The notes under the pieces were generated by a model. The model saw only the letters and a list, made by a program, of their open reading frames with translations. It had not been told where the DNA came from and did not search any database. A DNA stretch of 64,000 nucleotides from Candidatus Dormiibacterota bacterium (GTDB lineage: Bacteria; Chloroflexota; Dormibacteria; Aeolococcales; Bog-877): contig DAHVMY010000004.1 in NCBI GenBank assembly GCA_027319585.1, positions 1,427-65,426 of the forward strand, in the 5' to 3' direction. A program made the translations under genes and the position numbers. Shown piece by piece: positions 31,215-40,826 of this stretch. Numbering within the stretch: position 1 is the first letter of the stretch; each line of letters starts with the position of its first letter.

Positions 31215-31521
31215 GGCCGCTGCGCAATTCGCACCAGCAGGCCGTCCGGACGGGATTCGGCCCGGGTCTCCAGGCTGGTCCGGCCCGACCGCTCGGTCGC
31301 AGGGACGGACCCGCACGGGACGTCACCGGCGCTTTGGGGCTCACGAACCGCCGGGCCGTCCCTCGTTGCACAGCCGGGCGGCCCGCCAGTGCGACCGACG
31401 TGGACCCACCGGGTGGCGGGGCGCGACCGGCCAATGAACTCTCACGGCGTGCGGGCCGTGGCAGCCTGGAACCACCCCCAGCCGGGCCCCGCGGCGGCCG
31501 GGCTGAGGGTGGCTTGGACTG

Positions 31522-32091
31522 CTACTCGTTGGTGAGGGTGAGGAACCCGGAGATCGTGGCGAAGTAGACCCCGGTGCAACTGCCGCCGGATTCACCGGTG
31601 CCATAGTGGGTGAGGTATGCATCGGCCGTGCCAATGGCTAAGCCGAGCGCATCATTGCTGAGCGTGAGGGAAGCGTCCACCTTGTAGGTCTGCGTGCACC
31701 CGAACAATGACATCGTCGGCTTACCGTCGTACGAGATTGAGCCAGTCATCCCACTTCCGCTCACCACGGTCCCGGACACCATGTACAGAGCAAAGGATCC
31801 GCCGACAATATCCGTCGAGCTGCTCGGCTGCGTCGGAAGCCCCTCATGCTCCACCGTGGCGCTCCAGAAGCCGGAGTCGCTCGAATCTTTCGCGCTGAAA
31901 TAGCCGGCGAAATATGCGGTCTGGCAAGGTGTGCCTGCGGTGTTCGTCGTGCAGGTGCTAGCCGGAAGCGCGTCCTCGAACCCCGACAGGGAACCGCGCA
32001 CGTTGTTCGCCGCCAGCACGGGAGCCGCGGTCACCGCCAGCGCCGCGGCGACGATCAACATCAACCGTGTCGTCCGCCCCAATCCCCGCAT
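31522..32091 (-). CDS. Hypothetical secreted protein
   Basis: Signal peptide (...APVLA-A); Ser/Thr/Gly-rich with four Cys; less GC-extreme sequence than the flanks. Confidence 0.7.
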   Translation of the reverse strand: MRGLGRTTRLMLIVAAALAVTAAPVLAANNVRGSLSGFEDALPASTCTTNTAGTPCQTAYFAGYFSAKDSSDSGFWSATVEHEGLPTQPSSSTDIVGGSFALYMVSGTVVSGSGMTGSISYDGKPTMSLFGCTQTYKVDASLTLSNDALGLAIGTADAYLTHYGTGESGGSCTGVYFATISGFLTLTNE

Positions 32092-32267
32092 CCTGGATCC
32101 CTCCCTTGGTCGCAAACGCTCTGGGAGCGCTGGGGCGGTCGGGAGAACGGAGTGGAGCGGAGGCGGCCGTCGAAAGCGCCCCGATCGCGGAATACTACAC
32201 CGCCTCAGCAGTCTTGTGGGGCATTCGGTCAGCCGCAGCCCAGCCGGGATCGGCCGCCGACGCCGCT

Positions 32268-33506
32268 CTATCCGGTGGCCGAGACCTTGAGCGCGCTGGG
32301 GTCGGCCGCGGGGATCTCCCAGCTGTGCCCCAGCAGCGCCAGGCCTACCTCGAAGCGCCGCCCCCCCTGCACCCTGAAGGCCTGGGGGCGGTCGACCTCG
32401 GCGTACTGGCGCCCGCTGGTGATGTCCTCGATCTCCACCTTCAGCCCGTACACCCCGTCCAGGAAGGGCACCTGGGGAATGGTGAGGGTGGCCGTGCCCT
32501 CCGGCGGAAGATCCAGCCGCCCGAGCTCGGCGTCATCCGTCCTGGTGCTGAGCAGAATGTCCTGACCTGCCGGATAGAAGGAGGCCCGGAAACGGACCCC
32601 CCGCAGAGGGCCGGGAGCCTCGTAGGCGATCCGGATGGAAAGCTCCTCCCCGGTCCTGATCGAGTTGAAGTCGCCGTCACTGCCGCTGACCTCGACCCCA
32701 GCGATCCGCACTCCCATCCAACCCGGCCCCGACCCCCCCAGGTCGGCGGATATCGACCTCAGAAGTTCGGTCTCGTGGCGGTTGACCTCGCCGATGTAGG
32801 CATCGACCACCTCGCCGGTCCGCCCGGCCGCCCGCTGGACGCCGTGGTCGATCCACAGGCACCGGTCACAGAGCTTGCGCACGGTCTCAGCGGCGTGGGA
32901 GACGAAGATCAGGGTGCGCCCCTCCCGCCGCATTCCCTCGATGTGGTCCATGCAGCGGCGCTGGAACGACTCATCCCCGACCGCCAGCACCTCGTCGATG
33001 AGCAAGACGTCGGGATCCATGTGGATCGCGATCGAAAAGCCCAGCCTCGTGTACATCCCCGAGCTGTAGTTGCGCACCGGGTTGTCGATGAACTGCTCCA
33101 GCTCGGCGAATCCCACGATCTCGTCGATGACCGAGTTGATGTACCGTCGAGGCAGCCCCAGGATCGCCCCGTTCAGGTAGATGTTCTCCCGCCCACTGTA
33201 GTCGGGATGGAAACCGGCCCCAACCTCCAGCAGGGACGCCATCCTCCCCCGGACGGAGACCTTGCCGCGGTCCGGCACCAGGATGCCGGCGATGCACTTG
33301 AGCAGGGTGGACTTGCCAGAGCCGTTGGCTCCGATGATTCCAAAGGTCTCGCCCTCGGGCACATCGAAGCTGATGTCGTTGACGGCCCAGAACTCCTCGT
33401 AGCGAGAGCGGCGCCGATCCACCAGGACCTCCTTCAAGGTCTCGCTGCGCTGGTGGTAGATGCGGAAGCGCTTGGCCAGGTTCTCGACCCGGATCACCGG
33501 CTCCAT
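32268..33506 (-). CDS. Wzt-type polysaccharide ABC transporter ATPase with C-terminal accessory domain
   Basis: GANGSGKST, YSSGM and LIDEVLAVGD motifs; beta-rich C-terminal extension. Confidence 0.92.
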   Translation of the reverse strand: MEPVIRVENLAKRFRIYHQRSETLKEVLVDRRRSRYEEFWAVNDISFDVPEGETFGIIGANGSGKSTLLKCIAGILVPDRGKVSVRGRMASLLEVGAGFHPDYSGRENIYLNGAILGLPRRYINSVIDEIVGFAELEQFIDNPVRNYSSGMYTRLGFSIAIHMDPDVLLIDEVLAVGDESFQRRCMDHIEGMRREGRTLIFVSHAAETVRKLCDRCLWIDHGVQRAAGRTGEVVDAYIGEVNRHETELLRSISADLGGSGPGWMGVRIAGVEVSGSDGDFNSIRTGEELSIRIAYEAPGPLRGVRFRASFYPAGQDILLSTRTDDAELGRLDLPPEGTATLTIPQVPFLDGVYGLKVEIEDITSGRQYAEVDRPQAFRVQGGRRFEVGLALLGHSWEIPAADPSALKVSATG

Positions 33507-34369
33507 CAGATCTCCTCGGCGAAGCGGCGGCGCAGGCGCCTGAAGACCCGCATCCCGAGCCAGATCAGGCCAGCGGCGAGCACGGTGCAGTAGATCAGGC
33601 CGTGCCAGTGCTGCGGCCAGCGGTTGAACACGAACACGTCCTGGAAGGAGAGCACGATCCAGGTCATCGGGTTGGCGTAGACGACGATGTGGGCCAGCAG
33701 GCCGACCGTGCCGTGGCGGAAGAAGCCCTCATAGCGGGTGAACGGCCAGATCACCGGGGTCAAATAGAACCAGATCATGGTGGCCAGGTTGATGAGGTAC
33801 TGCAGGTCTCGGAAGTAGACGCTGCCGGCCGCCAGCATCAGCCCCAACCCGAGGCAGAGACCGAAGGTGACCACCACCAGGGGGGGGATGGCCAGCAGGG
33901 GAAGTCCCACCGGGGCCTTGGCCAGGATCATGAAGGGCACCAGCAGAACCAGGCTGATCAGGAAGTTCACCAGCGCCGCGATCACCGACGACACCGTCAG
34001 CAGCATCCAGGGGAACGCCACCTTGCGGACGACCCCCGAGTTGGCGATGATGCTGCTGGCGGCCATCACCAGCGCCTGGGAGAAGAACGTCCAGGCGAGC
34101 AGCCCCGAGAGGATGAATACCGCGTAGGACTTGCCGCTCGGTCCCTTGATCCCGATGATGTCGCCGAACACCACGGCGTACACCAGCATGAAGACCAAAG
34201 GGTTGATCAAGGTCCACCCAATCCCCAGCACCGAGCCGTGGTAGCGCGCCCTGACGTCGCGGCGAACCAGCTCCGAGAGCAGCTCCAGGCGCCGCGCGAT
34301 AGGACCTGACTGCGGGGCCCTGGGGCGGGAGGCGGAGCCCGGCCCGCTCAGGGCTTGAGTGCTGGCCAC
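33506..34369 (-). CDS. Wzm-type ABC-2 permease
   Basis: ARYHGSVLGIGWTLINPL, FRDLQYL and YLTPVIW motifs. Confidence 0.92.
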   Translation of the reverse strand: MASTQALSGPGSASRPRAPQSGPIARRLELLSELVRRDVRARYHGSVLGIGWTLINPLVFMLVYAVVFGDIIGIKGPSGKSYAVFILSGLLAWTFFSQALVMAASSIIANSGVVRKVAFPWMLLTVSSVIAALVNFLISLVLLVPFMILAKAPVGLPLLAIPPLVVVTFGLCLGLGLMLAAGSVYFRDLQYLINLATMIWFYLTPVIWPFTRYEGFFRHGTVGLLAHIVVYANPMTWIVLSFQDVFVFNRWPQHWHGLIYCTVLAAGLIWLGMRVFRRLRRRFAEEI

Positions 34370-34397
34370 GGGATTCGAGTCTAGCAGGGGCCCGAAT

Positions 34398-34775
34398 TCA
34401 GCCCGCGACCTTCCAGATCGGGGCGCGCCCCTTGAGCTCGTCGATCACGTAGGTGCAGGCGTCGAGCGCCTGGTGCCGATGGGCGGCCCCTACCACCACC
34501 GCCACCGAGGCGACGCCGCGGTCGACCCTGCCGGTGCGGTGCTGGACCGAGACCTCCCTGACCCCCTCTCGGCCCAGCGCCTCGGCCGAGATCGCCCGGA
34601 GCTCACTGATGGCCATCTCGGCGTAGGCCTCATAGGTGAGATGGGAGACGGAGCGGCCCTGGTCGGGGTCGCGCACGACCCCCACGAAGGTCGCGATCCC
34701 GCCAATCCCGGTCAAGTCCAGCTCGGCCTGCATGGCGGCGACGTCGATCTCGGCCTCACTGACCACCACCCTCAC
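34398..34775 (-). CDS. moaE: Molybdopterin synthase catalytic subunit
   Basis: FVGVVRD, YEAYAEMA, HRTG, AHR and LKGRAPIWK motifs; GTGA overlap with moaD. Confidence 0.9.
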   Translation of the reverse strand: MRVVVSEAEIDVAAMQAELDLTGIGGIATFVGVVRDPDQGRSVSHLTYEAYAEMAISELRAISAEALGREGVREVSVQHRTGRVDRGVASVAVVVGAAHRHQALDACTYVIDELKGRAPIWKVAG

Positions 34776-35041
34776 GGGCACGGGCTGCCTCCCGAAACCG
34801 GAGGGATGAAGGCGAGCTCGTCGCCAGCCGATACCGCGTCCTGCCAGCCGACATAGCTCCGGTTCAGCGCCGGGCGGACGGTCGCCTGTTGGGAGCTGAG
34901 TTGCGGATGCCGGCGGCACAGCACCTCCCAACACTGCTGCACGGAGGCGCCCTCTAAGGGAAGCTCGACCTCGGTCACCGCGCAGCCGGCGAGTTGGCGC
35001 ATGGTCGCGAACAGCAGCACTCTGACCACCGGATGGCTCAC
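34772..35041 (-). CDS. moaD: Molybdopterin synthase sulfur carrier with residues after the GG motif
   Basis: VRVLLFA...ALN...GDELAFIPPVSGG followed by SPCP-stop; start approximate. Confidence 0.85.
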   Translation of the reverse strand: MSHPVVRVLLFATMRQLAGCAVTEVELPLEGASVQQCWEVLCRRHPQLSSQQATVRPALNRSYVGWQDAVSAGDELAFIPPVSGGSPCP

Positions 35042-35105
35042 GCCGGACGGTCCTCGGTCGAGAGTCCGGAGCACCTCTCCATGCCAAGATGGTAGGCGAG
35101 ATCGG

Positions 35106-35897
35106 TCAACGCCGGAAGATGTCCCTGGCTGCCGGGCGCAGCAGCGCCTGGGCGGGGAGCTCGGGACCGCTCCAGGTGAACCCGCGGACCACCGCGAGGG
35201 GCACTGCGTCCAGCTTGCCCATCACCAGTTCGCCGATCCCGGCGATCTCGTCGGCGGTCCCGATGGTGGAGGCGTGCAGAAGGTACCCTCGCTCATCGAG
35301 CAACCCGCGATGGTCACTAAGAGTGGGAATCCCGGCCGCTCCAATCGCCACATTGACAGCCCCCTCCCGAAAGGGACGGCCGAAGGTGTCGGTCACGATC
35401 ACCCCCAGCGGGCCACCGCCCGCCAACTCCAGCCAGGCGGACCGCAGCGAGGCGGCGGCGCGGTCCGGATCCCGAGGCAGGCAGGTGACCTCGGAGCCCC
35501 CGCCGACGTTGCTTCGATCGACGCCGGCGTTGGCGCAGATGAACCCGTGGACGGTCTCGGTCACCAGCACTCCCGGCTCCGCCCGGATCACGGTTCGGCT
35601 CTCCCGCAGGATGACCTCGGTCAGGCGCGGGTCCTGTCCCACCCGTTCCGCGAGCGCGACCGCCACATCGCCAGGTTCCACCTCGTCCAGGCACACCAGG
35701 CGCCCCTCCGCCTTGGAGATCACCTTGTGGGTGACCAAGACCACGTCCCAGGGCTCGAGCCCGCCAGCCGCGCGCAGCGCGCGCTCCCCCAGGAGGGCCA
35801 GGTCCTGGCCCGGCCGCACCTCCCCGATCCCCTCGATCCCCCAGCAGGTCAGCCGCCGGCCCGCGACCAGCGGCCGGCTGGGCTCAGACTCCGCCAT
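35106..35897 (-). CDS. cofE: Coenzyme F420-0:L-glutamate ligase
   Basis: PGQDL, THKVISKAEGR, ANAGVDRSN, DTFGRPFREG and LVMGK motifs; no nitroreductase domain. Confidence 0.93.
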   Translation of the reverse strand: MAESEPSRPLVAGRRLTCWGIEGIGEVRPGQDLALLGERALRAAGGLEPWDVVLVTHKVISKAEGRLVCLDEVEPGDVAVALAERVGQDPRLTEVILRESRTVIRAEPGVLVTETVHGFICANAGVDRSNVGGGSEVTCLPRDPDRAAASLRSAWLELAGGGPLGVIVTDTFGRPFREGAVNVAIGAAGIPTLSDHRGLLDERGYLLHASTIGTADEIAGIGELVMGKLDAVPLAVVRGFTWSGPELPAQALLRPAARDIFRR

Positions 35898-36564
35898 CGC
35901 CTCCAACCCGCGACGGCTGTTCCCCCGAGAGCGCGAGCGCCCAACTCACCAGCGGGTGGGGGTTCCCGACCCCGGTCGAGTCAAGGTCCTCCGGACGGTC
36001 GAGATCCCAGCAGAAGCCTGGGCGCACCTCCACTGTGAGCTTCAGCCCCAGCCGGCTGGCGACACACTCATGGCGGTGCCGGGATCCGGGGCCGAAGGCG
36101 TAGGGAAGGAGGCGGCCGGGGGCGACCACCACCCCGTTGGTGCCGGACCCCTCGCGGTCCGGATAGATGATCATGGAGCCAGGGTCGAGGCTGCGCGCCC
36201 TCGCCAGCAGGACTCGGAGGTCGCCATCCTCGACTGCCGGCAGATCGGCCGCCACGGTCGCCACCACTCGCGCACCCCGCTCCAGGGCCCAGCAGGCGCC
36301 GGAGCGAACCGCCGCCGTCTGGCCGGCCCCCGGGTCCGCAATCTGGGCGACCCGTAAGCGCTCACACAGCGGCGAGAGCTGGGACTCTGAGGACACGACC
36401 ACCATCGCCCCTCTTGGCCAGACTCGGGCCGCCAGGCTGACGACCCGCCGCGCCAGGGCGAGGCTGACCAGCTGCCTCCCCGAGTCCGGGAGGGTTGTGG
36501 CGAGCCGCTGCTTGCTGCCGGAGCTGGGCTTGACCGGCACCACCAGAAACGGGGTGACTGGCAT
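35884..36564 (-). CDS. cofC: CofC/FbiD guanylyltransferase
   Basis: VVPVK...KQRL, ADLP, GSGTN, FGPGS..RH and DLDRPEDL motifs. Confidence 0.88.
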   Translation of the reverse strand: MPVTPFLVVPVKPSSGSKQRLATTLPDSGRQLVSLALARRVVSLAARVWPRGAMVVVSSESQLSPLCERLRVAQIADPGAGQTAAVRSGACWALERGARVVATVAADLPAVEDGDLRVLLARARSLDPGSMIIYPDREGSGTNGVVVAPGRLLPYAFGPGSRHRHECVASRLGLKLTVEVRPGFCWDLDRPEDLDSTGVGNPHPLVSWALALSGEQPSRVGGDGGV

Positions 36565-36568
36565 TGGC

Positions 36569-37567
36569 TCAACCCGTGGCAGAGGTCAGCTGAGATCGCG
36601 CCGCCGCCAGTACGAAGTTGGCCAGCCGCCGGCGAGCGGCCTCGCTGACCATCATGGTGTCGCAGATCTGGGGTGCGACGCCGCGCGCCCGGAGGTCATC
36701 GGCCAGCCCGGAGTCGACCGTGTCCACAACCAGGATGTCGAGGAGGCCGTGATAGTAGTCCGCTATCCCCACGGGCGACGCCGCCAGCCCCACGGCCTGC
36801 ATCATCTCGACCGCCGGACCCTTGATGGCGCGACCGCCGACGATCGGGCTCACGGCGAGCACCAAAGGAGCCTTCGCCACGGCCTCGCGGACCCCCGGCA
36901 CCGCCAGGATCGGGCCGATGGAGATGACGGGGTTGCTGGGAGCCAGGATCACAACCTCCGCCCCCTCGATGGCCTCCAGGACGCCCGGAGCCGGCCGGGC
37001 GCGGCCCACTCCCCGGTACTCCACCGCTGAGATGCGGGGCTCGCAGGCGTCGCGCACCAGGTATTCCTGAATGTGGAGGTCACGGCCATCGCAGGTGTGA
37101 ATGCGGGTGACGACTTCGTCATCGGTCATCGGGAGCAGGCGCAGGGGCAGGCCCAGTCTCGCACCCAGCGCTTCTGTCACCGAGGAGAGGGGGAGGCCGT
37201 CCCGCAACCGGGCGGTGCGGAAGATGTGCGTGCCCAGATCCCGATCACCGAGCTGGAACCAGCTCTCCTCGCCCAGCCGCCGCAGCTGGTCGAGTGCCTG
37301 CCAACTCTCGTCGCGGATTCCCCAGCCCCTCGCCTCATCACCCATGCCGCAGAGCGTGTAGGTGACCGAGTCCAGATCGGGGCTGACGTGCAGCCCGTGG
37401 ACCAAGAAGTCGTCCCCGGTGTTACCGACGACAGCGAGATCGGCGAACGGCTGCGCTGCCACCAACCCGGAGAGGAACCGGGCGGCGCCAACTCCCCCGG
37501 CTAGAACGGTGACCCTGAGCGGCCGCCCGGTCACAGGCTCTCGGCCCGCCGCGACCACTTGGTTCAT
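36569..37567 (-). CDS. cofD: CofD/FbiA phosphotransferase
   Basis: LAGGVGAARFL, NTGDD, SPDLDSV, WFQLGDRDLGTH, PSNPVISIGP and SPIVGG motifs. Confidence 0.95.
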   Translation of the reverse strand: MNQVVAAGREPVTGRPLRVTVLAGGVGAARFLSGLVAAQPFADLAVVGNTGDDFLVHGLHVSPDLDSVTYTLCGMGDEARGWGIRDESWQALDQLRRLGEESWFQLGDRDLGTHIFRTARLRDGLPLSSVTEALGARLGLPLRLLPMTDDEVVTRIHTCDGRDLHIQEYLVRDACEPRISAVEYRGVGRARPAPGVLEAIEGAEVVILAPSNPVISIGPILAVPGVREAVAKAPLVLAVSPIVGGRAIKGPAVEMMQAVGLAASPVGIADYYHGLLDILVVDTVDSGLADDLRARGVAPQICDTMMVSEAARRRLANFVLAAARSQLTSATG

Positions 37568-37732
37568 CCAATGCTCAAAGGGAGGGGTCTAGTCGAGCCC
37601 CGCCCCCAGCCGCACTGCGGGCACCAGCCGACGGGCGCCCGCCTTCATGCGCCGGCCCGGGGTGGCCGCCCGCCAGCAGTCGGCGCGACCAGCCCGGGGA
37701 CGGGGTCCTCGGCCTCCCGGAGTCCGCCCAAT

Positions 37733-38095
37733 TCAGACGGCGCTGCAGGCCTTGGCCGCTCCCGCCCCGTCGCCAGAGTCGAAGGACTGGCCACAGGAGC
37801 AGGTCTTGACGGCCTGGGGGTTGTGCACCGTGAACCCCCCTCCCATCAGGCTGTCGACGTAGTCGATCTCCGCACCCTCGAGGTAGGTCGCGCTGTAGGG
37901 GTCCACGAACACCCGGATCCCCTCCTGCTCGGTGACCTCGTCGTCACTGGCGGGCGCATCGTCGAAGCCCATGCCGTAGCTGAACCCGGAGCACCCGCCG
38001 GGCGTCACGTACACCCGGAGGCCCATCTCCTGGTTCTCCTGCTGCTCCAGAAGCTGCTTCAACTGGCTGATGGCCTGCTCGGAAACGGTGATCAT
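37733..38095 (-). CDS. A-type Fe-S carrier (ErpA/IscA-like)
   Basis: GGCSGFSY and CSCGQSF motifs. Confidence 0.93.
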   Translation of the reverse strand: MITVSEQAISQLKQLLEQQENQEMGLRVYVTPGGCSGFSYGMGFDDAPASDDEVTEQEGIRVFVDPYSATYLEGAEIDYVDSLMGGGFTVHNPQAVKTCSCGQSFDSGDGAGAAKACSAV

Positions 38096-38174
38096 GCTGA
38101 AATTTCCCTGAACCTGCTCGGAAGCTGCCAGCTGCTGCTGGTCAATTCGAGTTTACCGCAGTCACGGGTCGCCG

Positions 38175-38774
38175 TCACCAATAGCGCTCCTCGCGCCAGG
38201 GGTCGGCGCTGTTGTTGTAGCCATTGCGCTCCCAGAAGCCGAGCTCGTCCTCGGCGCGAAACTCCACACCCTCCACCCACTTGGCGCTCTTCCAGAAGTA
38301 CTTGCGGGGCAGCAGCGCCCGCAGTGGATACCCATGCTCGGGCGAGAGCGGCAGCCCGTCGTGCCGATATGCGAGCAGGGCATCCTCGGCCGAGGCGACC
38401 TCCAAAGGCACGGAGGTCGTGAAGCCGCCAAAGCAGTGAAACTCGACGAACCGCGCCTCGGGGCGCACGTGGGCCAGCCTCGCGATCTCAGCCAGCGGAA
38501 CCCCCAGGAAGCGGTTGTCGAACCGGCTCCATGTCGTCACGCAGTGGATGTCGCAGAGGACCTCCCTGGCGGGCAGGGCCAGGAGCTGGTCGAACGTGAG
38601 CACCGTGTCCTGCTCCACCGCTCCGAAGATCCTCAGGCGCCAGCGGCCCATGTCATAGGTGGGCACGCGGCCGTAGTGCAGCACCGGCCACTTCTCGGTC
38701 AGCACCTGCCCGGGTGGCAAGCGGGTGGGGTTGGCCTCGACGCGGGGATCGAGCTGGCGGCGACCGATCTTCAT
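38175..38774 (-). CDS. Sulfite-oxidase-like molybdopterin oxidoreductase
   Basis: LPPGQ, HCVTTWS, HGYPLR and WKSAKWV motifs; TAGGAT 7 nt before the ATG. Confidence 0.9.
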   Translation of the reverse strand: MKIGRRQLDPRVEANPTRLPPGQVLTEKWPVLHYGRVPTYDMGRWRLRIFGAVEQDTVLTFDQLLALPAREVLCDIHCVTTWSRFDNRFLGVPLAEIARLAHVRPEARFVEFHCFGGFTTSVPLEVASAEDALLAYRHDGLPLSPEHGYPLRALLPRKYFWKSAKWVEGVEFRAEDELGFWERNGYNNSADPWREERYW

Positions 38775-38837
38775 ACCTTGGATCCTAAAAGAAATGGCTT
38801 ACGCCGGGCACCGCCAGTGGCCCCAGGCCAAGCGGCC

Positions 38838-39200
38838 TCAGGTCCCTTCGCGACAGACGCAGAACTCGTTGCCCTCGGGATCTCGCATCACCTGCCAGGC
38901 CCACCGCTGCGGATCCTCCTCGAAGAAAGGTGGTCCCACCGGCCGGGCCCCCAGGGCCCGCAGGCGGGCGACCAGGCGCTCGGGCTGGACGGTGAAGAGG
39001 TCGAGATGCAGCCGATTCTTCCCCGACTTCGGCTCGGGCACGCGTTGCAGAAAGACGCCCAGGGATCCGGGCGGGCCCACCAGGTCGAGGTACGGCTCCC
39101 CATCTCCGGCGGTAGCCGAGTAACCGAGAGCGGCCAGCCAGAAGGGGGCCAGAGCCGCCGGATCCAGGCAGTCGATTCCAACCTCGACCCGGGGCCGCAC
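38838..39200 (-). CDS. VOC/glyoxalase-family protein
   Basis: LAPFW..ALGY, KNRLHLDL and MRDPEGNEFCV motifs. Confidence 0.9.
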   Translation of the reverse strand: MRPRVEVGIDCLDPAALAPFWLAALGYSATAGDGEPYLDLVGPPGSLGVFLQRVPEPKSGKNRLHLDLFTVQPERLVARLRALGARPVGPPFFEEDPQRWAWQVMRDPEGNEFCVCREGT

Positions 39201-39231
39201 CGATCCGCCCACAACGGGCGCAACGGTCGGC

Positions 39232-40017
39232 TCAGACCTTGGCAAACCGCGGCACCCAGCATCCCCTGTGGTCACGCTCGAAATCCTGGAACACCCCCGA
39301 CGCCTCCTCCACCATGATCTCCCCCACCCGCCCGAAGATGAGCCTGAGCTCCTCCTCAGCGCCGACTGCGGTCCGCATCTGGACCACGTGCCTCAGGGTG
39401 CGCAGGTTCATGGTCATGACGATGTCAGTGCTCACCCCGATCGGGGCCAGCCGGCGGAGCGCGGAGGTGGCCTCCTTCTTGATGTGAAAGGGGACCCCGT
39501 CCTCGTCCAGGCCCAACGCTTTGGCGGCCGACAGCTGGAACTCCTCGAGTCGCTCCACCAGCTCCAGAACCTGCTGGCGCACGGGCTCAAGCGCGGGGGG
39601 AACTCGAAAGCCGATGTCCACCAGGCGGACATACCGCAGGCTCTCCTGACTGTAGGCAGCACCGGCACGATGGCGCACGATCTCGTGGGTGGCGACCCGG
39701 CTCACGTTGTGGAGCGCGAAGGTGTAGTTGGCATGCTCGAGCACGCTGCCGTGGGCACTCTTGAGGATGTTCTCCAGATAGGCGCGTGGGTCCTGGCGCA
39801 CCCTGGTCACGTTGGGGTTCAGCCCCGGCTCCCAACTCCTGTAACAGGTGCGCCCCGCGAACTCCACCAGCAGCTCCCCGCCACTCCCGGCCGGATCCTG
39901 GACGCGCCGTTCCAGCCAGCTCGCACCACCCACCCGCTCCAGGTAGGACCGCATAGCGTCCAGGTCGACCGCCGGACGCGCGATGAGGTAGACCTCGGGC
40001 GCCGTCTCTCGGGGCAA
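39232..40017 (-). CDS. thyX: FAD-dependent thymidylate synthase
   Basis: HGSVLEH, THEIVRHR..AYSQESLRY and MNLRTLRH motifs. Confidence 0.92.
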   Translation of the reverse strand: MPRETAPEVYLIARPAVDLDAMRSYLERVGGASWLERRVQDPAGSGGELLVEFAGRTCYRSWEPGLNPNVTRVRQDPRAYLENILKSAHGSVLEHANYTFALHNVSRVATHEIVRHRAGAAYSQESLRYVRLVDIGFRVPPALEPVRQQVLELVERLEEFQLSAAKALGLDEDGVPFHIKKEATSALRRLAPIGVSTDIVMTMNLRTLRHVVQMRTAVGAEEELRLIFGRVGEIMVEEASGVFQDFERDHRGCWVPRFAKV

Positions 40018-40070
40018 CTAGCTTGCCGCCGCGGTCCCCGGGAGCAGGGCCCGGGCAGGGCTAGGCGCCA

Positions 40071-40826
40071 TCAGCCGAGGGCCTCCAGCATCTCGTCGAT
40101 CTGCGCCCGGACGCAGGTGAAGCTGGGCACATCGCGCAGGGTGTAGGAGGACGCCTCAGTGTCCCGGAGCGCCTGCACACAGTCCAGGAAGTCAGCGGCC
40201 GAGTCGGTCTCGAAGGCTACCACGAACTCCTGGTCATCCAGGCCGAAGGAATAGGTGGTGTTGATCTTCACGCTGGGGTACTCGTGCCCCACCCGGATGT
40301 GCTCCTGCATCATGCGCTGACGCTCCTCGGCGCTGAGCGCCCACCAGGCGCGGGTCTTGACGAAGGGGTAGACGAACAGGTAGCGGCTCTTGCCAGGAGC
40401 CAGGACCAGCCGGTCGGTGGTGCCGCCCTGGTTGGGGTGCTCGGTGTCGACGTAGATGGAGCGCTTGGTCATGGCGGTGTAGCTGTGCGAGCACTGAAGG
40501 TATCCCGCCAGCGCCGATCGATTGATGTCGGTGAACAGGGCCTGCAGCCGCTCGGCCTCCTCGCTCACCGCCCAGATCATCATGTCGCTGTCGCCCCTGG
40601 TCCCCACCAGGGTGAAGGTTCGCATCAGGATGCGGCGGCTGTGCTCCTCTAGCACCGTGGCCAGCTCGCGACGATGCTCGGCCCGGGTGTCCGCCGACAG
40701 GCGGCGCCACTCCGGCTGCACCTTGTAGAAGGCGAATCTGACCAGCTGTCGCGGGGCCGGCTTGGTCGCGTCCCGGACCAGCACCGGCCCCACCACCGTT
40801 CGCGTCGCAGTCGGGGTCTGGCTCAC
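40071..40826 (-). CDS. Chlorite dismutase-family protein (coproheme decarboxylase ChdC/HemQ-like)
   Basis: YPFVK, EH proximal His and TYSFGLDDQEF motifs; tandem ferredoxin-like fold. Confidence 0.85.
   Translation of the reverse strand: MSQTPTATRTVVGPVLVRDATKPAPRQLVRFAFYKVQPEWRRLSADTRAEHRRELATVLEEHSRRILMRTFTLVGTRGDSDMMIWAVSEEAERLQALFTDINRSALAGYLQCSHSYTAMTKRSIYVDTEHPNQGGTTDRLVLAPGKSRYLFVYPFVKTRAWWALSAEERQRMMQEHIRVGHEYPSVKINTTYSFGLDDQEFVVAFETDSAADFLDCVQALRDTEASSYTLRDVPSFTCVRAQIDEMLEALG

Noticed and set aside
31214-31522. About 300 bp GC-rich gap between convergent genes
   Set aside because: Only short scattered hairpins; no supportable ORF or RNA motif.
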